DNA of 63,233 bases, the filler included, from Octopus bimaculoides (lineage: Eukaryota): NCBI RefSeq assembly GCF_001194135.2. It is 7 parts of 7 records of this genome, joined end to end, with 100 filler letters (N's around TTAATTAATTAA, not from the genome) between each part and the next. Parts side by side here need not be neighbours in the genome. Positions count along the whole stretch, not along the records: positions 6,314 to 11,640 come from NC_068991.1; positions 11,741 to 15,981 come from NC_068996.1; positions 16,082 to 35,164 come from NC_068989.1; 4 more parts are not named here. One strand, written 5' to 3'. The notes below the pieces were generated by a model. It was not told the origin of the DNA. It did not search any database and saw nothing but the letters and a program-made list of their open reading frames with translations. Below are positions 11,328-22,800 of this stretch, in pieces (within the stretch, counting starts at the first letter, position 1; each line of letters opens with the position of its first letter). The translations under genes were made by a program, and so were the position numbers.

Positions 11328-11640
11328 GCGACCAACTTCCACGACCAGCCAACATGAAGCGGAGAAAAGACTGGGCCAGTGAGATGGTGGAGAGGCCACT
11401 GGCATTTTGGGACACTGTCATATTCTCTGATGATTCCAGAATTGCTGTATTTTCTGACAGTGGTCAGGTGTGGAGACTCTGTGATCAAGAATTTGATGCG
11501 AAAAGATCGCAGCCAACAATGAAACACGGCAGCTAGTCTGTGTTTGTCTGGGGAGCAATTTGGAGCAATGGTTGATCAGAGCTAGTGGAGTGTGAGGGAA
11601 ACATAAACTCAGGTAAATATGTGTCCATATTGCAGAAAGG
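11328..11640 (+). mobile_element. Tc1 transposase DDE-domain remnant
   Basis: RRKDWA...FWDTVIFSDDSRIAVFSDSGQVWR...QPTMKHGS*SVFVWGAIW...LVECEGNINSGKYVSILQK; ends at the gap. Confidence 0.9.
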
Positions 11641-11740
11641 NNNNNNNNNNNNNNNNNNNNNNNNNNNNNNNNNNNNNNNNNNNNTTAATTAATTAANNNN
11701 NNNNNNNNNNNNNNNNNNNNNNNNNNNNNNNNNNNNNNNN

Positions 11741-11786
<46 letters not shown>

Positions 11787-12446
11787 CAAATGACATATGA
11801 GCATATGCATGTATACATACGTATATGTACATGCCTACATCTACATGTATATATAGATGCATATCCGGGTATAGAACGTCAAAAAAGGAACGGGAACATA
11901 AATAAAGCACAAAAATGAACTTTTAAAGGCCGTTGAGCCGAATACGATAAGATATTGAATGCTGTGATGTGACGAAGCTGAACGGAGAAAGACAGTAGTT
12001 TTGTCTTGCCTTTATGCTGGCTGAAGGGAGAAAGGAAGAGGTGACCACAGGTCACATGGGATCAACGAGGAGTGGTAGAGAGAGGAAAAGGGAGGAAGTG
12101 GAACAAAGGTGAGTGACAGGAGACAGGGACAGAGAGTAAGAAAGAGATATGTATAGCAGTGAAGGGGAGAAGCAAGGACAACAGAAGGAAGCAGAACGAG
12201 AGGGGGGGATAGGTAAGAAGAAAGATAGATAAATAGATAGATAGATAGATAGATAGATAGACAGAAAGATAGAGTTGCATCAGAAATATAAAGTTAAAAC
12301 TTACTTGTAAATGGATGCGTGGCGTTCGATAATATAATAATACAAATGATATATGAGCATAAGCATGTGTATATATATATATATATATAATTCTCACTGC
12401 ATCAACTAGACTATTAGATAATTATACACTGCTGTCACAATGTGCT

Positions 12447-12494
<48 letters not shown>

Positions 12495-13164
12495 AAGATA
12501 AGCAACAAAAATTCAATAGGCTATAGCAGTACGTACGTTTCTTACAGGCTCCATTTATTCATGTAGTGAGAACACCACATAGAATTTACAATGAAAATGT
12601 ACTCCTCAGCTGCATAATGGAATTTCATTTTAGAAACTCATTTTGAAGATGTTTGCAAAAAAACAAGAGTAAGAGAAGAAAACATACCATCTCAACTATG
12701 CTGCTGTTTAACAGACTAGTGAATCAAACAAGAATTTAAAATCTAATTGGAGGGATAGTAGTAATTTCAAATTTAGAGCAAGATAGATTAAGTAGTGATG
12801 GACAGCAGGTTAGGGGTAAATCAAGCATGAGGGAGAAAAAAAGAATAGAAAAAAGAAATGGAAGGACAAGAGCTCTACCTGGTACTCTTTTTCACCTGGA
12901 AACTCTATAGTGTCTCAAGTATTGAAGCTTTTCTTCTTATCCAGTTTTCACTTAGACAGTTTGGTCATATAATTCAGATAAGTAAAGAACACACAACCAA
13001 TGTTTCTCCTACATAGCCAACTTTATTATAAGACATGAAATGAGCAAAACTTATCTTAAGATACAAAGATGAACGGCATAAATGTAAAAGTAAACATACT
13101 TGACATAAAGCATTGGGAAAGCATTATATATATGTGTTGTAGTGTGAAGTGAATTGAGTAATTC

Positions 13165-13590
13165 TTGCTTCGTTGTCTTGCTTGATGGGACTGGAATCAT
13201 CCCAGGTTAGTGGTCTCATAGATGTTATCATATGTAGAACTGACCAGGTCTACCAGTGCTCTTCATTGCTGGTAGTCCCATGCCAGTTCCTCTGCATCCT
13301 CCAAGATGATGTTGAGCCTCTGGAGATCTTCCTTAACCATGTCCAGCCATCTGGTGTGGGGCCTATTACAAGGCCTCTTCCAGCTTGCAGATACTGTGTT
13401 GAATGAGAGTAAAGCCCTGGTAGGATGATCTAGTGGGAAACAGAGGACATGTCTATACTAATGCATGTTATGGATAGCTGTGAGGTGAGAGGATGCAGAT
13501 TGATGCATATACACACGCAATTCTTCATTGAAAGCATGATGGTACCATCTGATGTTCTTCAATATAGAGCAGTGATACCAGAGGGGCTTC
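13165..13590 (-). mobile_element. RTE-clade LINE 3' fragment
   Basis: Minus strand YRHVLCFPLDHPTRALL..ASWKRPCNRPHTRWLDMVKEDLQRLNI..DAEELAWD..RALV, followed by a caag-type tail. Confidence 0.8.
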
Positions 13591-13899
13591 CATAGGGAGT
13601 AAGTAATGCAGTTTAGAAAATAAAGTTATACATGTGTATTTGTACTTTTAAGTAAATTGTGTTTTTTATCAGAAATAAGGCTACTTGATCAAATGTTAGG
13701 ATGAACAGTGTAGAACATTATAAAAAACAAGGAATTCATAGATACTTTCTACCAAATCACTTCAAAATGCACCTGAAAACATATACTGTGCTGTTCAATT
13801 ACAAGGTCACCACTGTAGAAAATAATGATGTTCAGAGATAATTTAATTATAATAGATTGCTTTTGTTTTCTACATACCACCAGTATGTAGATCTTCTGC

Positions 13900-14300
13900 T
13901 TTTGGGTCTCACAGAGAGACGAGGTGGTGAAGCATGACCTTTGAATGTTGGGTCCTAAGGAGGCAATGACAAGTGACTGAGACCTTTGCAATATGCTGTG
14001 CTTGAGAAGATTTGTTAAGCCAAGAGAAAGTGTAGTCATGGCTGTTGCCAGTGTCATGTAAATGGCACCTATAAAATCGTAGTCATGGTCATTACTGGTG
14101 TCATGTAAATGGCACTTGTGCCAGTGGCACATGAAATTCACCCATTACACACTTGGACTGGTTGGTGTTAGGAAGGGCATCCAATCATAGAAATCATGCC
14201 AAATCAGACTGAAACCTGGTGCAGCTCTCCAGCTTAGCAGTTCCAGTCAATCCAACTAACCCATGACAGCATGGAAAACAGACGTTAAATGATGATGATG
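13900..14300 (+). mobile_element. Non-autonomous retroposon with RTE-like tail ending in (GAT)n
   Basis: ggttggtgttaggaagggcatcc...aacccatgacagcatggaaaacagacgttaaatgatgatg; contains an internal ~45-bp duplication. Related pieces at 38640-38900 (+) and 44025-44260 (-). Confidence 0.7.
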
Positions 14301-14313
14301 ATGATGATGATGA

Positions 14314-14418
<105 letters not shown>

Positions 14419-14701
14419 AGAGGAGGAGGAGGAATTAGACAACAATGCATACAGAGAACCTAAACAAGTTTTCAATTACACTATTAATAAAAACAAAGTT
14501 TATACAAAATATGCTATACATTATAAATATTTTCACGTTTGTAAAATCAACCAAGTAATACAAATGATGCAGATAAGAGTGTTATACAATGTATATTTAT
14601 GCAGTCAGTTGAGTGTCATATATGGTACAAGTTGATAGTATCAGTAGGGTTTATTAAGAAGAAAAAATAAGTACAAGGAACTGGCAGAAAATGAGGCACT
14701 G

Positions 14702-14908
14702 TTAACCCTTTAAAATTCAGGCTGCTCTGTCAAATGTAATGCTTATTTATTCACATTGTTTTGTATTAGACATGCATTATCACATAGCTTTGAGATTTCA
14801 ATGATGTGACTGTTTAAAACGATATTGTATGGTAGGTGTAAGAGGCTGAATCTGGTCATATAACAGGTAGAATATTTTGGGGGGATACGGTTAGTTTAAA
14901 TGCTGAAG
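14702..14908. mobile_element. TTAA-type (piggyBac-like) MITE, right end degenerate
   Basis: Starts TTAAcccttt aaaattcag; right end tttaaatgctgaag partly mirrors the left end. Confidence 0.55.
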
Positions 14909-15367
14909 CACTGGTTCTCAACCAGAATCCAGATGATCCCTTGGGATTCATGCAAATGAAATAGTAAATTGAGTCCAGAGTTGTATTTTAAGGGTGTATG
15001 AAAGAATTTTGCTGTAGATGTATTTATTGCAATAAAGAACCAAATCTCTTTCTCTGATGTTTTAAATAATTCAGCCTAAACAAGTTGATGTGTGATGAAC
15101 AAAATAGGAATTTTGAAAGAAGTTTCTATAAAACTAGTTTTTAAACATCGAATGGCTATGGGGATCCACCAGAATAAAATAGTAATCAAAGGGTTCCATA
15201 TATGAAAAATGGTTGAGAAACACTGTGCTAAATGGTTAAAGGATTACTTATTCAACTTAATCATGTTTCATACTTTAGACTCACTGAAAAGTGGGTACAC
15301 AAACTACCTATTTTGCTTTGTGGTAACAGCCACTGACATATATCCCTGTCCTCTCAAAAGAAGACAC

Positions 15368-15465
15368 AATAATAATAATAATAATAATAAGAAGAAGAAG
15401 AAGAGGAAGAGGAAGAGGAAGAGGAGGAGGAGGTGGAGGAGAAGAAGAAGAAGAAGAAGAAGAAG

Positions 15466-15494
<29 letters not shown>
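15368..15494. repeat. Compound (AAT)/(GAA)/(GAG)/(GAA) microsatellite
   Basis: Directly visible. Confidence 0.95.
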
Positions 15495-15496
<2 letters not shown>

Positions 15497-15875
15497 GTAA
15501 AAGATCAAATCTCCACCTTGTAGTTGCTGCAACACTGAAATTATCTAGCAGAGTGGAATATACACTAATCATTCACATAATCAATTAGATAATTACATTC
15601 CTGATGACTACAATGCAATATCACTGTCACCTGCTTTTACAAGAGCAAAGAAGATGCGCTAGAGAAAAGCAACAACACAAGTGTAGAACTGATGGGCCAT
15701 GCTATGGAGAAGTACAACAGTGAGAAGTACAACTGATTATAAAGGGAACAGTTTAGATTTGTGCTAGAACAGTGTCATACCGATACATACTTTCTAGATA
15801 GATAACTACAGGTAAAAGTTTCTAGCTATGTGCAAGACACCACATTCTGTAGTCTGGTAGTCATTAACGAAACCG

Positions 15876-15954
<79 letters not shown>

Positions 15955-16082
15955 GCACACACATATATATGTGTATGTATGNNNNNNNNNNNNNNNNNNN
16001 NNNNNNNNNNNNNNNNNNNNNNNNNTTAATTAATTAANNNNNNNNNNNNNNNNNNNNNNNNNNNNNNNNNNNNNNNNNNNNA

Positions 16083-16119
<37 letters not shown>

Positions 16120-16170
16120 AAATAATAATAATAAATGGAGCAAAACGCATATAAATAAAACATTCCTTTA

Positions 16171-16259
16171 ATTCCTACACTTGCTTCAAAATATATGAGA
16201 CCACTTCTACAAAGAAGTAAGAGCTGCTGGAATTCCTCATATATTCATCTTCAGGAAAT
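16171..16259 (-). ncRNA. Type I minimal hammerhead ribozyme motif, degenerate (GAAA to GAAG)
   Basis: Minus strand: ATTTC CTGAAGA tg AATATATGAG..CTCATATATT tt GAAGC aagt GTA GGAAT; stems I and II pair. Confidence 0.6.
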
Positions 16260-16348
16260 CAACATATAAAAGCAAGACAAATACGAAATGATGAGTTTAG
16301 CTCGTAAGTTACCTCATCATTTCGTATTTGTCTTGCTTTTGTATGTTG

Positions 16349-16437
16349 ATTCCTTGAAGATGAATATATGAGGAATTCCAGCAGCTCTTACTTCTTTGTA
16401 GAAGAGGTCTCATATATTTTAAAACATGTGTAGGAAT
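16349..16437 (+). ncRNA. Type I minimal hammerhead ribozyme motif, degenerate (C3 to U, G12 to A)
   Basis: ATTCC TTGAAGA tg AATATATGAG..CTCATATATT tt AAAAC ATGT GTA GGAAT; perfect stem I, palindromic ACATGT stem III. Confidence 0.55.
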
Positions 16438-16649
16438 TAAAGGAACTTTTATTTATATGCGTTTTGCTCCATTTATTATTATTATTCATATCTTCTCAAA
16501 ATGTATCACTTTAACTTGGTATCTCTACCTGTAAAACTGCTGTGATATCTTGGTTTCTAGTGTAATTTTGCTACCTCTGGTAACTATTAACATATTTACA
16601 TTATCAAAGGTTTTTTTTAAAACTGAGATGATATTAATATATACATAAA

Positions 16650-16684
<35 letters not shown>

Positions 16685-18077
16685 CTATCTCACTGTACAT
16701 TCTTCAATTTCTGTGGTACTAAAAAAATAACAGAATAATATGTTTTTCAATGTATGGATAATACATCTTGATCACGCTATTTATTAGCATTATCACGCGC
16801 CTGGGAATAAAAATGAATTATTTCTGTATCTTTCAATACATTTCCACGCTACTAAATCAAACTTTGTTTACTTTCATCGTAGAATAATACGTACTTCTGA
16901 CTAATCAGTAAGTTTTTAAAGGCGCATAATAATGAATTGTAATCACCAATGATCTAGACAGAATAGACTTTTCACTGACATGCATGTAGATTGGCTTTAT
17001 TTATAACGATTTTGCTATTCGTTACTTGAATAGAGAAGTTATGGAACTGAATTTGTAAACTTTTCGAGTAATAAGAACTCTTTATGTGTAATTGTAAAAT
17101 ATAAAAATAATATATTTTTATTTATTTAATCTGATATAAGTTTAACTTTTAATCCTATTACAGGAGAGATGTTCACGATCAACATGTTTACATTCTCCTA
17201 CAACTTTTGATTACATTTTATGTTAATCTACAATTAATTATAATAAAATTTCTTTGAACTATTTATATATTTACTTTCACATCTTATATTTTTATGCGAT
17301 TATATAGTTCAACGTATCTTTAAAACTATTTCCCTTCTACATATAACATTTTAGATAGAGGTGTTATATTTCAGTATATTTTTAAGACGTACTCATTGAA
17401 TTGTGCTTGTAAGTATAAATATTTAATGTTCATTATTTTAACATATTACTGCAATCCAAATATTACATTAATGTGATTTTGTTTTAGAATACTTTACATA
17501 ATAAATATTTATATTACACATATATCATCTTTTTCCGAATTACTTTCATAATTTCACATTACTTGTTTTCATTATCCACCTGTCCTCCTAATAGAAATAT
17601 TTGTTTAACCATAATGAGTTTTCCGGACAACTTTCCCTTTAATTTACTTTAAATTAACTTTAGCCCGCTAAGTCGGTATCAGTGATATCTGATTATCATA
17701 AGGAATTTTATTCTTACTAACAATAACATATAACAATGCACAATGATTTGCCTTCCTAAATTTAACTCAATACGCTACTCCACTATCTCGTCATGCGTGA
17801 TTATATAAAGAGAGAACAAAATTATCATATTTAACAGACTTTTAAAATATATTTATCTATTTATCTAACATTATCTAAAGTTCTTGCCACGAATCATTAA
17901 CATAGTATGATCTCACAAATAAACACTGAAACAATACAAATCTTCGTCAAATCTGTATAATATTATTAAGAAAACAAAACTGAAGTAAAACAGAAGTAAA
18001 ACAAAACAGAAGTAGAATGACATATGAGCTACTAACTGTCAACTCTTTTCCCGTTAAACACTTTTTATGAAATAATC

Positions 18078-18478
18078 TTTCCTACTCTAGGCACAAAAAC
18101 CCGATTTTTTTTTTTGTGGGGGACAGTCGATTAGATCGACCCCAGTACGCGATTAGTACTTAATTTATCGACCCTGAAAAAGAAGAAAAACTAAGTCGAT
18201 CTCGGTGGAATTTGAACTCAGAACATAAAGAGAGACAAAATACCTATTTCGTTATTGCCCACAAGGGGCTAAACATAGAGGGAACAAACAAGAACAGACG
18301 AACGGATTAAGTCGATTACATCGACCCCAGTGCGTAACTGGTACTTAATTTATCGATCCTGAAAGGATGAAAGACAAAGTCGACCTCGGCGGAATTTGAA
18401 CTCAGAACGTAACGGCAGACAAAATACCGCTAAGCATTTCGCACGACGAGCTAACCTTTCTGCCAGATCACCGCCTTA
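18078..18478 (+). repeat. Tandem dimer of an abundant dispersed repeat (body atcgaccccagt..ggtacttaatttatcgacc..gtcgacctcggcggaatttgaactcagaac)
   Basis: Two units with different 5' heads. Same body at 21455-21610, 31140-31360 (-), 37955-38160, 43385-44020, 52725-52858, 53143-53590 and 58770-58928. Confidence 0.85.
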
Positions 18479-20048
18479 CTTTTTATGAATAATGTTCAGA
18501 AAACAAGTGCACCATATTTGTGGTATATTATTTTGCTATCTTATCTTGGTACCTTATTTTCCGTCCTATCACACCTCTTGAAAACATTTTTTGGTTATTA
18601 ATTCTTCAAGTTGTGTACCGTATTAACTCTTATTGAATTTCCTTGCAGTTAATGTATAATATTGAACTCACATATTTCCACTCCGAAAACAAAATTAACT
18701 TTGATAACCACTTCCATTGAAGAATTCAAATTTTACCTCATAGATATTAACTTTATTTTCTCCAATACATTCATTTCAATAATGAAATTTCTTATACACA
18801 AATGCGTTGTTAATACATTATTCTAAGACAGTTTCTTTTTAATTTTTAGAAAGCTTTGCGCTTTCATAATTTATTCAGATGTTTTCAAAGCTACCAATTT
18901 TTACGTTCTTCACACTTTAATTATCGCCTCCATATTTATACCTTTAATGACATCTTTTAATGGATCCCTAAAAATTTGTTTTTCGAATAATGTGCATCAT
19001 TAAACGACAAATAATGTAATCTATATTCTCATATTCAATTTTCTGAAATTCATTCGTCAAATGTAGAATAATTCCATTTTATATATTTCTTCAATAAATA
19101 ACATGGCTTTATAAACAATATTTTGTATAAGACACATAGGTTTTTCTTTTGCTCGATACTTTAGTTCAGAGAAAATCCATCTAACATTATACATCGTAAA
19201 TCGTCCCAAATAAAAATCATGTTCATTTCTATTCCATTATATGTCGAAATTCTTCAATTTTCAAATCCGTAGAATTCATAACTTCTTCGGATAAGTTTCA
19301 GAAACATAAATTTCGTACATGAAACTAAGATAGTCATTGGAATTCGGTTATCATACTTACTGCATGCTGAGCTGGAGTTCAGTTCTACATAGTTTTCCAG
19401 TATTCATTCTTTACTAAGTTTCATATGTATAACAGTAATGTTTTTAACATCTTTCATCTGTATGTTGAAGACATCAGAGTATATGGATAAACATTATTAT
19501 TACCGAAGAACTTTGCGTGGTGTGTGCTACGATCGAAACCTTTTACCTTAACCTGATTGCCTTAATACGGCAGGTGAGGTACTGAGAGTGGTTGAATGAA
19601 AGATATTTTATAACTTTGAGTGAAGCTGGAAATATGTACCGTCATATTGACGTATATATAATTCTTATTCCCAAACAATTATTTTTTCTTTCCTTTTCGT
19701 TTTCCTGTGTTTTCAACTTTCCACCTTTGACATCTACTTCCTTCTCGTTCTTTCTCGTATTTTCTCCTATTTCACCGTCCTGTTATAGCTTGTATTGCCA
19801 CGTGGGCAGAACATGAGAATTGTGTGAAGGCACACAAAATGTTATAAAATGCTCTCTGAGTTGTTTTGATCGAATGAAACAATTGGTAGCTCTTAAAATA
19901 TATATACTGTAGTCAGTTTATTAAATGACATTTATCTCTCACCAGATAGAGTGCCGTCACGGAACAGTACCCTATGTGTGTATATGCGCATGTGCGTATG
20001 TGTGTGCGTGCGCAATGTAGGTGTGTGTGTATATTCTTTTATAATTTT

Positions 20049-20427
20049 TACTTTTTTCAATCATTTGACTGCGACCATGCCGGAGCATCATTTTAAAGTG
20101 TGTTAGTTGAACAAATCAACCCAAGGGCTTATTCTTTGTAAGCCTAGTACTTTTTCCTAACACTAAGTTACGGGGACGTAAACACGCCAATATCGGTTGT
20201 TAAGCGATGGTAGGGGACAAACAGAGATACAAAGACAAACACACAAACATATATACATATATTTATACGCGGGACTTTCGGTTTCCGTCTGCCAATCCAC
20301 TTGCAAGGCTTTGGTTGGTCTGTGGCTATAGTAGAAGATATTCGCACAAGGTGCCAAGCAATGGGACTGGACCCAGAATCATGTGGTTGGGAAGCAAACT
20401 TCTTACCACACAGTCAAGCCTGTGCCT
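20049..20427 (-). mobile_element. tRNA-derived CORE-like SINE
   Basis: Reverse complement of the family at 40417-40820. Confidence 0.85.
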
Positions 20428-21729
20428 AGGCAATTCAGATCAGGTCTACGTGAGGAGAGATAATTTCATGAATGGACAACTGACGAAAGTTGATATGCCA
20501 CAAAAGAGCAGAGGATTATTTTCTTTATATAAGTGGATAAGCGGATAGTGGTGAATACGTTTTACTAGCTTCACATCCGTCATTAGTGGGACCTTTGTCT
20601 GTTATCTCTAGGTAATATGCTGAACGTGTTCTTAATAGCATTTCAACTCTAGGAAATTCTATTATCTCATCTCATAGCTGGTTTCAAGTGTGATTTGGTC
20701 ATAACGTCGCATGTTCAATAGGCGGAGATACTTATAGTAAATCAAAACTTGTGTTGGATGTAATATGGTACAATTGTATTCATTTATGGTGTCTATGTCT
20801 ATCGCCTCGCCACTCTGCGTTTTTTTCTCTTCACTACTCTTCGATTCAAGTATGCAAATTATAAATGTGCTTTACTTTTTTTAATATTCGTTTAGTTTGG
20901 TTGGTTAACGGATATAAGAATGGACAATTGTGGTACTGATGATGATTATTGAGCCAGAATCGCTGTCCACTTGTCTCCAAAGAATGAGCCAGGATCTTTG
21001 TCCCCTTGCCTCCAAACAATGAGCCTGTTCCTTTGCTTAATGCCATAACAACTTCGAAGAATTCTTGATCCAACTATTCTGTTTTCATTTCAAGCTGGAC
21101 TTAATTGCTAAGTCGTAAATATTGAGGCGGAAATAACTTTGAAAAAATGTACTTGAATGACATGCTGGCTTTATGGAAGGAAGTCCATGGCGGCCATCCC
21201 TCACTGTTACCGCTCCGCTGAATCTATGCGTGCTCTTACACAGAAGAGCATAAGCAAAAATTCAGGAATATCATGCGGCGGAAGGGGGTAAGATGAAGTA
21301 GTAGATATAAAATATTATGAATAGAATTATGAATGGTAAGAACAATAGTTGCAAAGAACAACAAAAATGACATCATCATCAAAAACAACAACAACTACAG
21401 CAGCAGCAACAACGAAAGCAACAGTGCAAATATTACTAATATTTTCTGCAATCGACCTGAAATTTGGTTGGAGGGTTCTAATCGATAACATCAACCCCAG
21501 TGCTCGGTAGATTTCTAATTTTATCAACCCTGAAATGATGAAAAGCAATGTTAACCTCAATAGAATTTGCACTCCGAAGGTAACAATGGACGAAATGCAG
21601 ACTTAGCAATAATAATAAAAACACTAAATATACAAAATAACGCAGTCCTCTATTTAAGAGATGAGGGATTATGTACATTATTTACACAAGTTACATTTGA
21701 CGGATATTTGTCCTCATGTTTTTGTTGTT

Positions 21730-21775
21730 AACACAACATTTCGCCCGATATACCATGCAACCTTCATCACGTGTC
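21730..21775 (-). ncRNA. Degenerate minimal hammerhead motif in the inverted terminal repeat
   Basis: Minus strand GACAC GTGATGA aggttgcatggtatatcgggc GAAAT GTT GTGTT. Stem I pairs; core has C3 to G and GAAAC to GAAAT; stem II only partly pairs. Confidence 0.5.
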
Positions 21776-22039
21776 TTGGGGAAAATTCGAAACTGGGTTC
21801 TCATTTCCTAAGGTATTTTTCGATGGAAGCGACCTTCCTCTGTGGGATGAAGTTAAAATAATAGACAGAGAACACCACTGGAAAATATGAAAACTAAAAG
21901 AAGCAGCACATATGCTAGGACACAACAGTCTCCTAAGCAGACCGAGTGCAGATATGAATAGCATATGGGAAGCGGTATTAAAGGAGCATAGGAATATATT
22001 AGATTTATAAGCCCTAAAATTCACTCCATAATTGCCCAC

Positions 22040-22114
22040 GGGCATATGGCGTAGTGGTTAAGAGCGCGGGTTACTAACCCTAAGATCCCGAGTTCGATTG
22101 AAGGCAGTGACCTG
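22040..22114 (+). promoter_or_regulatory. tRNA-like Pol III internal promoter (A and B boxes) embedded in the Penelope-like element
   Basis: A box TGGCGTAGTGG (22047-22057), B box-like GAGTTCGATTG (22090-22100), followed by (AAT)n. Confidence 0.6.
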
Positions 22115-22705
22115 AATAATAATAATAATAATAATAATAACCCAAGTTCGAAATTTCCTCAAGACATCTGAAACGTTGAGTTCGCAACAAACAAGATGGA
22201 GACAAATATCCGTCAAATGTAAATAATGTATACAAAATAATGGTTATCTTTTGTAGGTTGCTTTCGTAAATTGCAGCGAAAGCTCTGCGCAATGGGCTCT
22301 CAGGAGGCATGATGTATAGTTTCATAACTTGCTAAATTTACAAATGTGTTTGGTACTTAAAAACTGTGACTGTACCTTTGATGCATCGTGAATTCCAATT
22401 CCGGCGTAAGTTTTAATGTTCACTACACACACACACACACACAAACATACACACACACATGCATTATTGTTCGCGTGTGTATGTATGTATTGGCATATTT
22501 ATTAAATATAAAACAGGCAAAGATTCTTTGAAGCGACTCTCTATATATTGAAGTAGAAGATCACCATGAATATATTGTAATGAAAGGAAAGTTTAAAATG
22601 AGTTTGAAGTCTAACCACAATTCCATTCGATAAATATTTTCACGAAGCCAAATAACCGTAGTTACGTTACTCCCAATGTTTTCATCTAAATAATACACAC
22701 ATACA

Positions 22706-22746
<41 letters not shown>

Positions 22747-22766
22747 NNNNNNNNNNNNNNNNNNNN

Positions 22767-22800
<34 letters not shown>

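Larger units (their letters stand above)
16121..16486. repeat. Long inverted repeat (arms ~175 bp, 17-nt spacer), probable Penelope-like terminal repeat pair
   Basis: 16121-16295 is the near-perfect reverse complement of 16313-16486. Confidence 0.95.
21674..22230 (+). mobile_element. 5'-truncated Penelope-like element with inverted terminal repeat
   Basis: 21822-22010 translates DGSDLPLWDEVKIIDREHHWKI*KLKEAAHMLGHNSLLSRPSADMNSIWEAVL (GIY-YIG C-terminal pattern). 21674-21800 is the reverse complement of 22141-22230. Confidence 0.75.

Noticed and set aside
20846-21287. Higher-complexity region with a 75-aa minus ORF and a + ATG..GTAAGA candidate first exon
   Set aside because: Several frames look equally plausible and none resembles a known family.
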